Shown one piece after another: positions 9,654 through 19,465 of a stretch of 64,000 bases of DNA. The position numbers and the translations under genes are program-made. Where the stretch lies: positions 1,268 to 65,267 of the forward strand of contig CAINEW010000022.1 in the NCBI GenBank assembly GCA_903847915.1, read 5' to 3'. A model generated the notes under the pieces. It saw nothing but the letters and a program-made list of their open reading frames with translations, was not told the DNA's origin and did not search any database. Position 1 is the first letter of the stretch, and the number at the start of each line of letters is the position of its first letter. The DNA comes from an uncultured bacterium. GTDB lineage: Bacteria; Patescibacteriota; Minisyncoccia; UBA6257; GWB1-50-10.

Positions 9654-11585
9654 GTGTGGGGATTTATTTTACATTTCCGTCTTCCTCAAGTACCATTAAG
9701 AAGAATAAAAAAACTACTTATGAAAATGAAAAAGAATGGACAACAAACAGGTCAATTAGCGCGCCAAATCGTATGGGCGGTGGGCGTGCTTTTTTTGGTG
9801 GCACTCCTCTTCTCGGGAGTGTTGGAAAATAAAGGAAAAACAGAAGTGCTCACATGGGATGCGCTCGCGAAGAAAATAGAATTAAGCGAAGTAAAAAATA
9901 TTACTGTTTCAGGTGACGCAGTACAAGTAACGCTAAAAAATGACACGAAGGCGACGCTAGAAAAAGAAACGGAATCAAGTGTGAGTGAAATGTTGGCGCG
10001 CTATGGCGTGACTCCTGAAGGCCTCAAGGGTTTTGAATACACGGTAGAAAGCGAAAGCGGAGGAAAATATTGGATGGGGATGCTCTTGCCAATCCTTTTG
10101 CCAATCGTGCTTATGCTCGGCGTGCTCTGGTGGGTATTCCGTCAGGCAAAAACCGGCGCAAACCAAGCATTCACCTTCGGAAAAATCAACGTGCGCCTTT
10201 TTGCCCAACCGAAAGATAAAACCACCTTCAAAGATGTGGCGGGTTTAAAAGAAGCGAAAGAAGAGCTTGATGAAGTAGTAGATTTTTTGAAAAATCCAAA
10301 AAAGTTTTTAGATATGGGAGCAAAAATTCCTCGTGGCGTGCTCTTGATGGGCCAGCCAGGCACGGGGAAAACCTTACTCGCGCGTGCAGTCGCAGGAGAA
10401 TCCAATGTCCCCTTCTTTCATCTCTCTGCCTCTGAATTTGTGGAAATGTTTGTAGGTGTCGGTGCCTCACGCGTCCGCGATTTATTTGCGACGGCAAAAA
10501 AAGCCGCGCCGGCAATTATTTTCGTAGATGAAATTGATGCGGTGGGACGCGAGCGAGGCACGGGCTTGGGCGGAGGCCATGATGAGCGCGAACAAACATT
10601 AAATCAAATCTTAGTAGAGATGGACGGTTTTGACCGCACGACGAATGTGATTGTAATGGCAGCCACCAATCGCCCCGATGTATTAGACGCCGCCCTTCTC
10701 CGTCCGGGACGTTTTGATCGGCGCGTGGTGCTCGATATGCCCGACATAAAAGATCGCGAAGAAATTTTGAAGATTCATGCACAGGGAAAACCGATGGCGG
10801 ACGACATAGATATGCGCGTGATTGCCGTGCGCACGCCGGGATTTGCAGGCGCGGATCTCGCGAATTTAGTAAACGAAGGAGCGATTTTTGCCGCGCGTCA
10901 GGGACATCCGAAAATCACACAAGAAAATTTATTAAACTCTATTGAAAAAGTATTATTGGGTCCCGCGCGCCGTGGACGCGTCATCTCCGATAAAGAAAAA
11001 GAAGTGACGGCATATCACGAAGCAGGTCACGCATTAGTCGCGGCAGGATTAAAAGACGCCGACCCGGTGCACAAAATTTCCATCATCAGCCGTGGCATGG
11101 CAGGAGGATATACATTGAAGTTGCCGATTGAAGAGCGACGACTCAACACTCGCGCGCAATTTGTGGCAGATCTCGCGGTGGCTTTCGGGGGGTACGTTGC
11201 AGAACTTTTGATGTTTAAAGATATCACGACCGGTTCATCAAACGACATTAAAAACGCGACTGAACTTGCTCATAGAATGGTGATGCAATATGGCATGAGC
11301 GATAAATTAGGTCCTCGCGCATTTGGAAAAGTGCACGACGCGATATTCTTAGGACGCGAACTTTCTACTGAAAAAGATTATTCAGAAAATCTCGGCACGG
11401 TGATTGATGAAGAAGTAAATCAATTTATGAATCGCGCCTTGCAAGCGGCGAAGCGAATTGTCGCGACAAATAAAGATGCGCTTCATACGATTGCACGCCG
11501 ATTGATGGAAAAAGAAACGATTGAACAAGAAGAATTTGAAAAAATCGTACGCGGTTTTCAATTAAAGCCCGCCGTGATACGATAG
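9654..11585 (+). CDS. ftsH: ATP-dependent zinc metalloprotease FtsH
   Basis: Walker [23 protein letters not shown], an AAA second region of homology, and the HEAGHALVA zinc motif. The true start may be the internal MKMKKNG near 9720. Confidence 0.92.
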   Translation: MWGFILHFRLPQVPLRRIKKLLMKMKKNGQQTGQLARQIVWAVGVLFLVALLFSGVLENKGKTEVLTWDALAKKIELSEVKNITVSGDAVQVTLKNDTKATLEKETESSVSEMLARYGVTPEGLKGFEYTVESESGGKYWMGMLLPILLPIVLMLGVLWWVFRQAKTGANQAFTFGKINVRLFAQPKDKTTFKDVAGLKEAKEELDEVVDFLKNPKKFLDMGAKIPRGVLLMGQPGTGKTLLARAVAGESNVPFFHLSASEFVEMFVGVGASRVRDLFATAKKAAPAIIFVDEIDAVGRERGTGLGGGHDEREQTLNQILVEMDGFDRTTNVIVMAATNRPDVLDAALLRPGRFDRRVVLDMPDIKDREEILKIHAQGKPMADDIDMRVIAVRTPGFAGADLANLVNEGAIFAARQGHPKITQENLLNSIEKVLLGPARRGRVISDKEKEVTAYHEAGHALVAAGLKDADPVHKISIISRGMAGGYTLKLPIEERRLNTRAQFVADLAVAFGGYVAELLMFKDITTGSSNDIKNATELAHRMVMQYGMSDKLGPRAFGKVHDAIFLGRELSTEKDYSENLGTVIDEEVNQFMNRALQAAKRIVATNKDALHTIARRLMEKETIEQEEFEKIVRGFQLKPAVIR

Positions 11586-12001
11586 AATTTCGGGAGGATC
11601 AGGATCAGTAGTCCGCCCGGCTGACGCTAGTCGGACAGGCTTAGTGGAAGCTTTAGCGAAGGCAGGTACCTCGGTGTTGATGATTTCGTTTATATTAGGT
11701 CTGGATCAGTAGCTTAGTGGTTAAAGCTCCGAGCTTATACCTCGGCGACCGAAGGTTCAAATCCTTCCTGATCCACAAGCGTCTTACTTGCCTCGCCGAA
11801 GCTTTAGCGAAGGCAGGTACACGCTAGGTTCCAGGTTCGAATCCCGGCATGCCCACACGAGCACATAGCTCGTATTATCTAATTAGGGCGGTTAGCTTCG
11901 GCCCAAGGCCGATCCGCCTAGGGCGGACAGCGGTACCCGCCAGAATGACTTGTCGGGCTGGAGTCGGGCAGGGAGCAACTTTTTTACACGTTATCTAATT
12001 A
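11586..12001 (+). repeat. mosaic tRNA-fragment / repeat region surrounding tRNA-Ile and tRNA-Val
   Basis: The first 10 nt of tRNA-Ile (GGATCAGTAG) are duplicated at 11604. The 23-mer TATCTAATTAGGGCGGTTAGCT (Val-tRNA 5' flank plus start) is duplicated at 11874 and 11988. There are two copies of GAAGCTTTAGCGAAGGCAGGTAC (11648, 11799) and a partial copy of the GTACCCGCCAGAATGACTTGTCGGGCTGG core also seen at 53.4 and 57.7 kb. Confidence 0.6.
11703..11775 (+). tRNA. tRNA-Ile (anticodon TAT/UAU)
   Basis: Hand-folded. Acceptor GGATCAG/CTGATCC, D-stem GCTT/AAGC, anticodon stem CCGAG/CTCGG with loop CTTATAC (U33, A37), T-arm GAAGG-TTCAAAT-CCTTC, discriminator A. No encoded CCA. Confidence 0.7.
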
Positions 12002-12076
12002 GGGCGGTTAGCTCAGTGGTAGAGCAACACTTTTACACAGTGAAGGTCATAGGTTCAAATCCTATACCGCCCACCA
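12002..12076 (+). tRNA. tRNA-Val (anticodon TAC)
   Basis: Acceptor GGGCGGT/ACCGCCC, D-arm GCTC-AGTGGTA-GAGC, anticodon loop TTTACAC, T-arm ATAGG-TTCAAAT-CCTAT, discriminator A and encoded CCA. Confidence 0.8.
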
Positions 12077-12083
12077 AAACATT

Positions 12084-13907
12084 ATGTGTGGCATTGTTGG
12101 ATATATAGGCAAAGAGCAATCACTCCCCATTCTTCTGAATGGGTTGAAAGCGCTTGAATATCGTGGATATGACTCTGCGGGCGTGGCAATAGGAGACAAA
12201 GGAACAATAACTATCAAAAAAGCAGTGGGACAAGTAAAAGTATTAGAGTCGTCATTAGCTACCGACCATCCTATCCAAGGAACTATTGGTATTGGTCACA
12301 CTCGTTGGGCAACACACGGAGTGCCGAATGAACTGAACGCACATCCGCACAGTGATTGTAAAGGACGCATCGCAGTCGTGCATAATGGCATTATTGAAAA
12401 TTACAAAGAACTCAAAACATATTTAGAGAATCATGGACATATATTTAGATCAGACACGGATACCGAAATAGTGCCTCATCTTATTGAAGATTTTTTAAAC
12501 AAAAGAAATAATTTCGATTCCGCGCTTTTTGATGCATTGAAAATGATACGAGGCGCCTATGCACTCGTGATTATGGACGCAGAAAATCCTACCACGCTTT
12601 ATGCAACCAAACGCTCAAGTCCGTTAGTTATCGGCGTGGGAAATAACGAAAATTTTTTAGCGTCTGACCCTTCTGCGCTCATCGGAAAAACAAAAGACGT
12701 AATTTATTTAAACGATGGAGAGGTGGCAACCATCACAAGTGAAAATATTAGTGTGGTAAATATTGAACAACAAAAAACGTCATTTGAAATTGTCCGTTTA
12801 GAATGGGATTTGGAACAATCACAAAAAGGCAACTTCCCTCATTTTATGTTGAAAGAAATTTTTGAAGGACCGGAAGTAGTGCGCTCTACCTTTAGAGGAA
12901 GAATAAAAAGTGAAGATAATTTGGTGAAATTAGGAGGATTGGATCAAGTGAGAGATAAGTTAAAAGACACAAAAAGAATACTCATTCTTGCCTGTGGGAC
13001 GTCCTACTATGCCGGGCTCGTGGGCGAATATCTTTTTGAAGAAATTGCAGGCATTCCTACCGAAGTGCATTTTGCTTCAGAATTTCGTTATCGCGAAGAA
13101 CCGTTTGATGAAGGAACGATAGCGATTGTGATTTCGCAATCAGGAGAAACTGCCGATACCCTTGCCGCACTCCATAAAGCCAAAGAGTATGGATTGATGA
13201 CTTTAAGTGTAGTGAATACTGTGGGGTCTACCATTGCACGTGAATCAGATGCGGGGGTCTACAATCACGCAGGCCCAGAAATTGGTGTGGCATCCACGAA
13301 ATCATTTCTCTCACAGTTAACCGTACTTGTGATGATAGCGATTTATTTTTCAAAAGATAAATCAAAAACACAGCTTATTTTGGAAGAACTTGAAAAGATT
13401 CCAGAAAAAATAGAAAAGATTTTGGCGCAATCTGAATTATTGAAAAAGCTCGCAGAAAAGTACAATCACTACGAACACTTCCTTTTTCTTGGGCGACGTT
13501 ACAATTATCCAGTCGCATTAGAAGGCGCATTAAAATTAAAAGAAATATCCTATATGCACGCCGAGGGCTATGGCGCGGGTGAGATGAAACACGGTCCGAT
13601 TGCGATGATCAGTCCCGACTTCCCTACGATGGCAATCGTGCCCCATAATAGTGTGTCAGAAAAAATGATGTCTAACCTCGAAGAAATAAAAGCGCGTAAA
13701 GGAACTCTATTTGCCATCGCAACCGAAGGAGACACAACCATCGCCTCACTCGCAAACGACGTGTTCTATATTCCAAAAACGATAGAGCCACTAGAACCCC
13801 TTTTGACCGTAGTCCCCCTCCAGCTGTTTGCTTATTATGTGGGCACACAACGAGGATTTGATGTAGATAAGCCAAGAAACCTCGCAAAATCCGTCACAGT
13901 GGAATAG
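12084..13907 (+). CDS. glmS: glutamine--fructose-6-phosphate aminotransferase
   Basis: Begins MCGIVGYIG with an N-terminal nucleophile Cys and has two SIS domains; 607 aa. Confidence 0.93.
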   Translation: MCGIVGYIGKEQSLPILLNGLKALEYRGYDSAGVAIGDKGTITIKKAVGQVKVLESSLATDHPIQGTIGIGHTRWATHGVPNELNAHPHSDCKGRIAVVHNGIIENYKELKTYLENHGHIFRSDTDTEIVPHLIEDFLNKRNNFDSALFDALKMIRGAYALVIMDAENPTTLYATKRSSPLVIGVGNNENFLASDPSALIGKTKDVIYLNDGEVATITSENISVVNIEQQKTSFEIVRLEWDLEQSQKGNFPHFMLKEIFEGPEVVRSTFRGRIKSEDNLVKLGGLDQVRDKLKDTKRILILACGTSYYAGLVGEYLFEEIAGIPTEVHFASEFRYREEPFDEGTIAIVISQSGETADTLAALHKAKEYGLMTLSVVNTVGSTIARESDAGVYNHAGPEIGVASTKSFLSQLTVLVMIAIYFSKDKSKTQLILEELEKIPEKIEKILAQSELLKKLAEKYNHYEHFLFLGRRYNYPVALEGALKLKEISYMHAEGYGAGEMKHGPIAMISPDFPTMAIVPHNSVSEKMMSNLEEIKARKGTLFAIATEGDTTIASLANDVFYIPKTIEPLEPLLTVVPLQLFAYYVGTQRGFDVDKPRNLAKSVTVE

Positions 13908-13931
13908 TAAAAAATTGGAACAAATAAAATA

Positions 13932-13961
13932 TTGACATTTTATCATCTATTATGCTATAAT
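13932..13961 (+). promoter_or_regulatory. sigma70-type promoter (TTGACA at 13932-13937, 18-nt spacer, TATAAT at 13956-13961)
   Basis: Consensus -35 and -10 hexamers about 60 nt upstream of the 14019 ORF. The RBS AAAGAAAGGG precedes the ATG. Confidence 0.6.
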
Positions 13962-14018
13962 AGAAGAAGATATTAGAGTAATTTTTATTAACAATTCAAT
14001 TAAAGAAAGGGTTCAGAA

Positions 14019-15638
14019 ATGAAACATCTTTTGGTATTTTTGATGCTTTTTATGGGTGTCACTCTCAACGCACAGTGGGTTTCAGATCCCACCGTGAATA
14101 CTCCACTTGTGACAGGTAATTATGATGAGTTCTCGCCTATCATGGTTCCGTGCGCAGGAGGGTTTTATGTCGTGTACAAGAGAGATAATTTTCTTGTCCC
14201 CGCATATTTCGTTCAAAGATTTAATGTGTTGGGTTATCCGTGTTGGCAAGCGCCGATACGGATTATAGACACACTCTACGAACAGGATGATAACGCCGTG
14301 GCGTTCTCTGATGGAAAGCAAGGTGTCGTAATCGGCATGGGAGTGTGGCTAGATCGCGAACGGATTATTGCGCAACGTATTGATTCAAACGGCGCACGTC
14401 GCTTTGGCAATAATGGCACACTACTTTGCACCGCATCATCTACACAAAAAAATCCGGAAGGCATCATTCTTGATGACTCTCTCATTTTTTTCGCATGGGA
14501 AGATTATCGTGCGAGTGAAAATGATGTGTACGGTGCAATGCTTGATATGAACGGCAATCTCAAATGGTCATCTTCCGGCAAGGCGCTATGCACTGCAGGA
14601 GGAACACAAAGAGATATCGCACTCGCACGCGGGAACAATTCAATTATTCTTGTGTGGCGCGACGAACGTTCGTCTGCTCCTGGTATCTACGCACAAAGAG
14701 TTTCTGCAGAAGGAACGACGATGTGGCAGATAAACGGAAATAAAGTGGGGCTTGATTACAATCCTTACAATGTACATGTTCTTGCGACCACATTTGGAAT
14801 CTATATCGGATGGACGGGAATCACCGATTTCGGTTCGTATCCCGATATACGATTCAGAAAAACAACATGGAATGGAGATACGCTTTTAGAAAGGCGTTTT
14901 GTGACTCACGGCGTGCAAAAGAATATTCAATTCTTTTTTGTGCCGGACAGTACTTTGCGATTCCTCGCGTTGTACGAACAAAATGATTCTCTAATGGCAG
15001 GATCGTTCTATGACGATACGGTGACGCAATTACATTCGTCATTACTCGTAAAGCAAAGTGAACCGCATTACGCGTTCGCGCGAAGCGATACGGCGCTTAC
15101 GGTGGTATGGGAAGATACGCGATTTGGAGGAAAAGATATCTATGGACAATCGTTCAATTTATTTTCATTACAACGATTATGGGAGCAAGGTGGTGTGCCA
15201 ATTTCCTTACGAAGTGGCAACCAAACAAACCCAGCAATCGTGCCAATAGAAAATGGATATGTGGTAGTATTTCAAACGCCAACCAATCTTCAGTCCGATA
15301 TTTATGGTCAAAAACTAAATCAGGACGGAACGTTGGGTATGATAACAAATGTGAATGGTGAAGAAAATAAACCACGTACATCTGAATTATTGCAAAATTA
15401 TCCGAATCCATTCAATCCCATCACTACCATTCACTATGTCCTCCCCCGCACCACATTTGTCACACTTAAGGTGTTTAATGTGATAGGTCAGGAAGTAGCG
15501 ACGTTGGTACGCGAGCAAAAAGAGTCAGGAAATCAGAGTGTAGTATTTGATGCCTCACTCCTTACTTCCGGAATCTATTATTATTGTTTAAGCACTGATT
15601 ATTTCACCGAAACCAAAAAAATGGTGCTGGTGAAATAA
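14019..15638 (+). CDS. secreted beta-propeller-repeat protein with T9SS type-A C-terminal sorting domain
   Basis: Signal peptide MKHLLVFLMLFMGVTLNAQ. Five or six repeats of roughly VxWxDxRxxxxxIYAQR...G (PD40/TolB-like). The C-terminus LLQNYPNPFNPITTIHYVLPRTTFVTLKVFNVIGQEVATLV matches the Por_Secre_tail consensus. Confidence 0.7.
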   Translation: MKHLLVFLMLFMGVTLNAQWVSDPTVNTPLVTGNYDEFSPIMVPCAGGFYVVYKRDNFLVPAYFVQRFNVLGYPCWQAPIRIIDTLYEQDDNAVAFSDGKQGVVIGMGVWLDRERIIAQRIDSNGARRFGNNGTLLCTASSTQKNPEGIILDDSLIFFAWEDYRASENDVYGAMLDMNGNLKWSSSGKALCTAGGTQRDIALARGNNSIILVWRDERSSAPGIYAQRVSAEGTTMWQINGNKVGLDYNPYNVHVLATTFGIYIGWTGITDFGSYPDIRFRKTTWNGDTLLERRFVTHGVQKNIQFFFVPDSTLRFLALYEQNDSLMAGSFYDDTVTQLHSSLLVKQSEPHYAFARSDTALTVVWEDTRFGGKDIYGQSFNLFSLQRLWEQGGVPISLRSGNQTNPAIVPIENGYVVVFQTPTNLQSDIYGQKLNQDGTLGMITNVNGEENKPRTSELLQNYPNPFNPITTIHYVLPRTTFVTLKVFNVIGQEVATLVREQKESGNQSVVFDASLLTSGIYYYCLSTDYFTETKKMVLVK

Positions 15639-15717
15639 TAAAAACGTATATTAACGTAAAAAGCTGTCAGAATATTGGCAGCTTTTTTAATATAAAAAAG
15701 ACAATAATAAGGTTTTT

Positions 15718-16236
15718 TTGACAAACAGCACGAGCACGAGTATTTTGAGAGGAATGGATAATCTGTTTTGTAACGCAGTGGGGTTAAAAATAAACGTAGA
15801 AAGCGTGGTACGCGAAATTATTGACTTTATGGCGATGCAACCGAATCGTCACTATACGATTGTGGTCGGCACCGATTCCCAACTCCTCCCTTCAAAACAT
15901 GCGGATTTTGTAAGTGCGATTGTGGTGCATCGTGTGGGCAACGGAGGAAAATATTTTTGGCGCGGATTTGAGTTAGGGATGTTCCATACACTCCGCGATC
16001 GTATTATCAAAGAAGTGCTCCTCTCGCTTGAAGTGGCGCACGATCTCCTTACGCGTTTGAAAGAAGCGGGAGCCGCCTATCAATGGGATTTTGAAATTCA
16101 TGCAGACGTGGGTGAACATGGCCCCACAAAAGCATTAATTCAGGAAGTTACAGGAATGGTGCGCGCACATCGTTTTGAAGTAAAAACAAAACCGGGGAGC
16201 TACGCAGCGACGAATGTGGCAGATCGACATGTGTAG
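15718..16236 (+). CDS. hypothetical protein, possible RNase H-like fold (YkuK/DUF458-like)
   Basis: 172 aa; motifs TIVVGTDSQ and EIHADVGEHG. Assigned from memory of the family, not from a search. Confidence 0.3.
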   Translation: MTNSTSTSILRGMDNLFCNAVGLKINVESVVREIIDFMAMQPNRHYTIVVGTDSQLLPSKHADFVSAIVVHRVGNGGKYFWRGFELGMFHTLRDRIIKEVLLSLEVAHDLLTRLKEAGAAYQWDFEIHADVGEHGPTKALIQEVTGMVRAHRFEVKTKPGSYAATNVADRHV

Positions 16237-16283
16237 AAATAGATATTGGTTACTCGCCACTAATGCTCTAGTGGCAAATACCT

Positions 16284-16853
16284 ATGGCTGATAAATTAGT
16301 ATTTGATATAGAAACAAAAAATTCGTTTGCGGATGTCGGGGGCCAGCAAAACCTCCGTGATTTAGAGGTGTCTGTGGTAGGCGTCTACTCGTATAATGAA
16401 GACACGTATTATTGTTTTGACGAACACGAAATGGATAAGTTGGGGGCGATGTTACAAAACGCCTATCTCCTCATCGGATTTTATAGTAAAAAATTTGATA
16501 TTCCGGTGTTAGAAAAATATTTTAATTTTAATATCACCAAAATCCCCCACTGTGACATTTTAGAAGAAATTGAAAAAGTGATGAAAAAAAGAATTGGGCT
16601 GGGATTACTCGCAGAGGCGAATGTTGGTGCAGGAAAAACAGGTCATGGATTAGAATCGATTGATCTCTACAAACAAGGGAAGATACAAGAGCTCAAGGAT
16701 TATTGTGTGAATGACGTAAAGATTACAAAACAGATTTATGATATTATAATAACGAAGGGTGAATTGTGGATCCCTCAAAAAAATACCTCCACGATGGCAA
16801 AAATCACCATTCCTTATAGAGAAATCAACGCCCCACAGGCACAACTTATATAA
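16284..16853 (+). CDS. DnaQ-like 3'-5' exonuclease domain protein
   Basis: LVFDIETKN (Exo I, DxE), FYSKKFDIPVL (Exo II) and YCVNDVKITKQIYD (Exo III, YxxxD); 189 aa. Confidence 0.6.
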   Translation: MADKLVFDIETKNSFADVGGQQNLRDLEVSVVGVYSYNEDTYYCFDEHEMDKLGAMLQNAYLLIGFYSKKFDIPVLEKYFNFNITKIPHCDILEEIEKVMKKRIGLGLLAEANVGAGKTGHGLESIDLYKQGKIQELKDYCVNDVKITKQIYDIIITKGELWIPQKNTSTMAKITIPYREINAPQAQLI

Positions 16854-16858
16854 ACACC

Positions 16859-17140
16859 ATGAAAGCCAATAATCCTATTATAAAAACAGTTGTCTATGTC
16901 ACTATTGCAGGTACCGTGCTAGCCTACGTTCCCCTCCTTTTCACTCCTAAAACGTCTACGCCTACCAATCAACCCCCTGCACCCCTAGAAGCGCAGACAA
17001 AACAGGTGGTAGTACCTTTTTTAGATAAAGAGAAATCATCTGAAACAACAACATCTACACCTACATCTACCAAACAAATTCCCACATTAGAAGGATTTTC
17101 TGATTTAGGGAAAGAAGCGGAGTTATTAAACGGACGATAA
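16859..17140 (+). CDS. small secreted Thr/Pro-rich protein
   Basis: 93 aa; N-terminal TM/signal and a TSTPT-rich low-complexity region. Ends at a bidirectional terminator. Confidence 0.4.
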   Translation: MKANNPIIKTVVYVTIAGTVLAYVPLLFTPKTSTPTNQPPAPLEAQTKQVVVPFLDKEKSSETTTSTPTSTKQIPTLEGFSDLGKEAELLNGR

Positions 17141-17145
17141 TAGCA

Positions 17146-17173
17146 ATAAAAACCCCTTCATGCGAAGGGGGTT
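17146..17173 (-). terminator. bidirectional rho-independent terminator (CCCCTTC-ATGC-GAAGGGG)
   Basis: GC-rich hairpin flanked by an A-run on the plus strand and a T-run on the minus strand, immediately after the stops of 16859-17140(+) and 17172-17465(-). Confidence 0.6.
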
Positions 17174-17465
17174 AGTCGTAGTTGATTCCCATATCTTTTT
17201 TCTTTGCTCTCTGAACGACGTCAGAATCAACAAAACCTCTCCAAAGATTAATTTCTCCATTATCAGTGATAATATAATAATGATGATAGAGAGCGATCTC
17301 ATTATTCACTTCCACTTGTGGCGGATAAGATTCCCCTCGCCTCCTTTTTTCTTGAAGCGTTTTCCATTCATTAAGAAATTGAAGAAAAACTTTTTTAGGA
17401 AGAAGCGGCCTATTTTCGATAAAACAAAGAATATCAAAAGCGTTTTTTTGGTTAATACAAACCAT
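17172..17465 (-). CDS. hypothetical protein
   Basis: 97-aa ORF ending at the terminator. Preferred over the overlapping low-complexity + ORF 17160-17489. Confidence 0.4.
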   Translation of the reverse strand: MVCINQKNAFDILCFIENRPLLPKKVFLQFLNEWKTLQEKRRRGESYPPQVEVNNEIALYHHYYIITDNGEINLWRGFVDSDVVQRAKKKDMGINYD

Positions 17466-17733
17466 TATCTATTTCCTTTCTATTGTTAAAGATGAGGGAA
17501 TGATAGAGGAAAAATAAACGCATGTCAATTTTTCAATAGAAAAAATGATAGAGAGAAAAGAAAAGTTGAGTGAACGTCCATTGTTATAAAGATATTCCAT
17601 GGCAAATTGCCCGCACACAAGAAGGGATATTACGTTGTGTAATTAATCCTACCAATATTAACATTCCTCACTATGAAGTGTGGTGGTTTTAAAAAGTAAA
17701 CATAAAAATCGTCTATTTTATTCGGCGATTTTT

Positions 17734-18768
17734 TTATTCTGGTTCTGCGAGCACTCCTCCTTTTTCTGCTGCTTCAGTCGTTTTCTTTTTAATTTCTTGA
17801 AGTATTTTTCTATCCTCCTTTAATTTCATGCGCACATTTTCAAATCCCACACCTAATTTTTCTGCTCCAAAACTGTAACTCGCGCCCGACTTCGTAATCA
17901 CATTATATTTGAGCGCGGTATTAAAAATATCTGCTTCATAGGAAATCCCTTCACCGTACATAATATCAAACTCTGCAATCTTAAACGGAGGAGCTACTTT
18001 GTTTTTTACTACTTTTGCTTTCGTGCGATTCCCTACAATTTCCTCGCCCTTCTTTATTTGTGCTAATCGACGTACATCGATACGAACGGATGCATAAAAT
18101 TTAAGTGCCATACCTCCCGGCGTCGTTTCCGGATTACCAAACATAATGCCGATCTTCATACGAATTTGGTTAATGAAAATAACAATCGTGCCTGATTTTG
18201 CTGAAATAGCAGTGAGTTTTCGTAATGCTTGGGAAAGGAGGCGTGCTTGAAGACCCATATGCGAGGCGCCCATCTCCCCTTCAATTTCAGCGCGTGGGGT
18301 AAGAGCGGCCACAGAGTCCACTACTACCAAACTAATCATGCCTGAACGCACCAAGCTTTCTACAATATTAAGCGCTTCCTCTCCATTATCTGGTTGAGAG
18401 ATTACCAATTCTTTCACTTTAACCCCAATGCGGGCGGCATATTCAGGATCAAGGGCGTGCTCTGCATCAATAAATGCTGCCTTTCCTCCCCTCTTTTGAA
18501 CTTCAGCAACCGCATGGAGAGCGAGGGTAGTTTTCCCGGAGCTTTCTGGTCCAAAAATTTCAATAACACGTCCCTTAGGAAGTCCACCGCCAAGTGCAAG
18601 ATCAAGCGAAAATGATCCAGAGGGAATGGTTTCCACACGCGCATGGTGTTCATCGCCCATCTTCATGATAGACCCCTCTCCAAAACGTTCTTGGAGGGAA
18701 GCAATAAGCGAGGCGAGGTCGCGATCGGGCTCTTTTTCTTTAGTTGTTTTCTTCGATTGAGGAGGCAT
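17734..18768 (-). CDS. recA: recombinase RecA
   Basis: GSIMKMG, Walker [13 protein letters not shown], and the L1/L2 loops. The start is set at the internal Met (MPPQSKK...) because the upstream part of the ORF-track model overlaps the next gene. Confidence 0.92.
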   Translation of the reverse strand: MPPQSKKTTKEKEPDRDLASLIASLQERFGEGSIMKMGDEHHARVETIPSGSFSLDLALGGGLPKGRVIEIFGPESSGKTTLALHAVAEVQKRGGKAAFIDAEHALDPEYAARIGVKVKELVISQPDNGEEALNIVESLVRSGMISLVVVDSVAALTPRAEIEGEMGASHMGLQARLLSQALRKLTAISAKSGTIVIFINQIRMKIGIMFGNPETTPGGMALKFYASVRIDVRRLAQIKKGEEIVGNRTKAKVVKNKVAPPFKIAEFDIMYGEGISYEADIFNTALKYNVITKSGASYSFGAEKLGVGFENVRMKLKEDRKILQEIKKKTTEAAEKGGVLAEPE

Positions 18769-19447
18769 TGGTGGTAGTGGTACGAGAAGTTGAGGTGGAA
18801 GTAGATGAGGCGGGACGATACGAAATTTGATAAATCGTTTCACGTGATTTTCCAAACTTTTTTTCAACGTGAAATGTAAAGGTGTTGAGCCCCGGCTCCA
18901 GCGTCACTTGTTTTTCAAAATCACCCTTCTCATCAGAATAAACGACTTCGCCATTGACCGTCAATTGGTCGTGTGGGGATATTGTTCCTTTAAGAATAAA
19001 AGAGGGATTCGTCACCACTGCAGTCGTTTCAATAGGACGAAGAGAGAGGAGGGGTTCTTGAGTAAAATATGGGAGACGAAAAAAAATATAACCAAGAATA
19101 AGGATAATAATACTTCCTGCAATATACCAACGGAGAGAAGAACGAAGAAATCTATTTTGAGGAATTATATCTTGTTCTCCAGAGCGTCGAAGAAGGGGGT
19201 GATTTTTAAAATAATTATTCCACACTTCCTCGCCTTCAAGTGAAAGTGCGTCAGCTATTTTGAGAATATAACCATGCATATAAGGTGCTGCCGGAAGTTC
19301 CTTAAAACGCTCTTCAAGAAGAAGGGTGATAAAACGATCAGAAATACCAGTTATTTGAGCAAGTTTTTCTTGGTTTATTCCTTTTGCACGAAGCGCACTA
19401 TTAAGAAGTGCACCAAGACCATGTTCGTTTATCTGTTCGGGAGGCAT
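18740..19447 (-). CDS. RodZ-like membrane protein (N-terminal HTH, TM helix, C-terminal DUF4115-like domain)
   Basis: [20 protein letters not shown], a single [19 protein letters not shown], and a beta-rich C-terminal domain followed by a Ser/Thr tail. Confidence 0.5.
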   Translation of the reverse strand: MPPEQINEHGLGALLNSALRAKGINQEKLAQITGISDRFITLLLEERFKELPAAPYMHGYILKIADALSLEGEEVWNNYFKNHPLLRRSGEQDIIPQNRFLRSSLRWYIAGSIIILILGYIFFRLPYFTQEPLLSLRPIETTAVVTNPSFILKGTISPHDQLTVNGEVVYSDEKGDFEKQVTLEPGLNTFTFHVEKKFGKSRETIYQISYRPASSTSTSTSRTTTTNASSIEENN

Positions 19448-19465
19448 AATATTTTTAAGTATACA

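Noticed and set aside
11776-11870. A third tRNA between tRNA-Ile and tRNA-Val (…GGTTCCAGGTTCGAATCCCGGCATGCCCA)
   Set aside because: There is a T-loop-like TTCGAAT with flanking partial stems, but no matching 5' acceptor strand and no consistent D or anticodon arms. Treated as a tRNA fragment or pseudogene within the mosaic region.
17160-17489. 109-aa + strand ORF overlapping the 17172-17465(-) ORF
   Set aside because: Hydrophobic low-complexity translation. The minus-strand ORF is the one bracketed by the bidirectional terminator.
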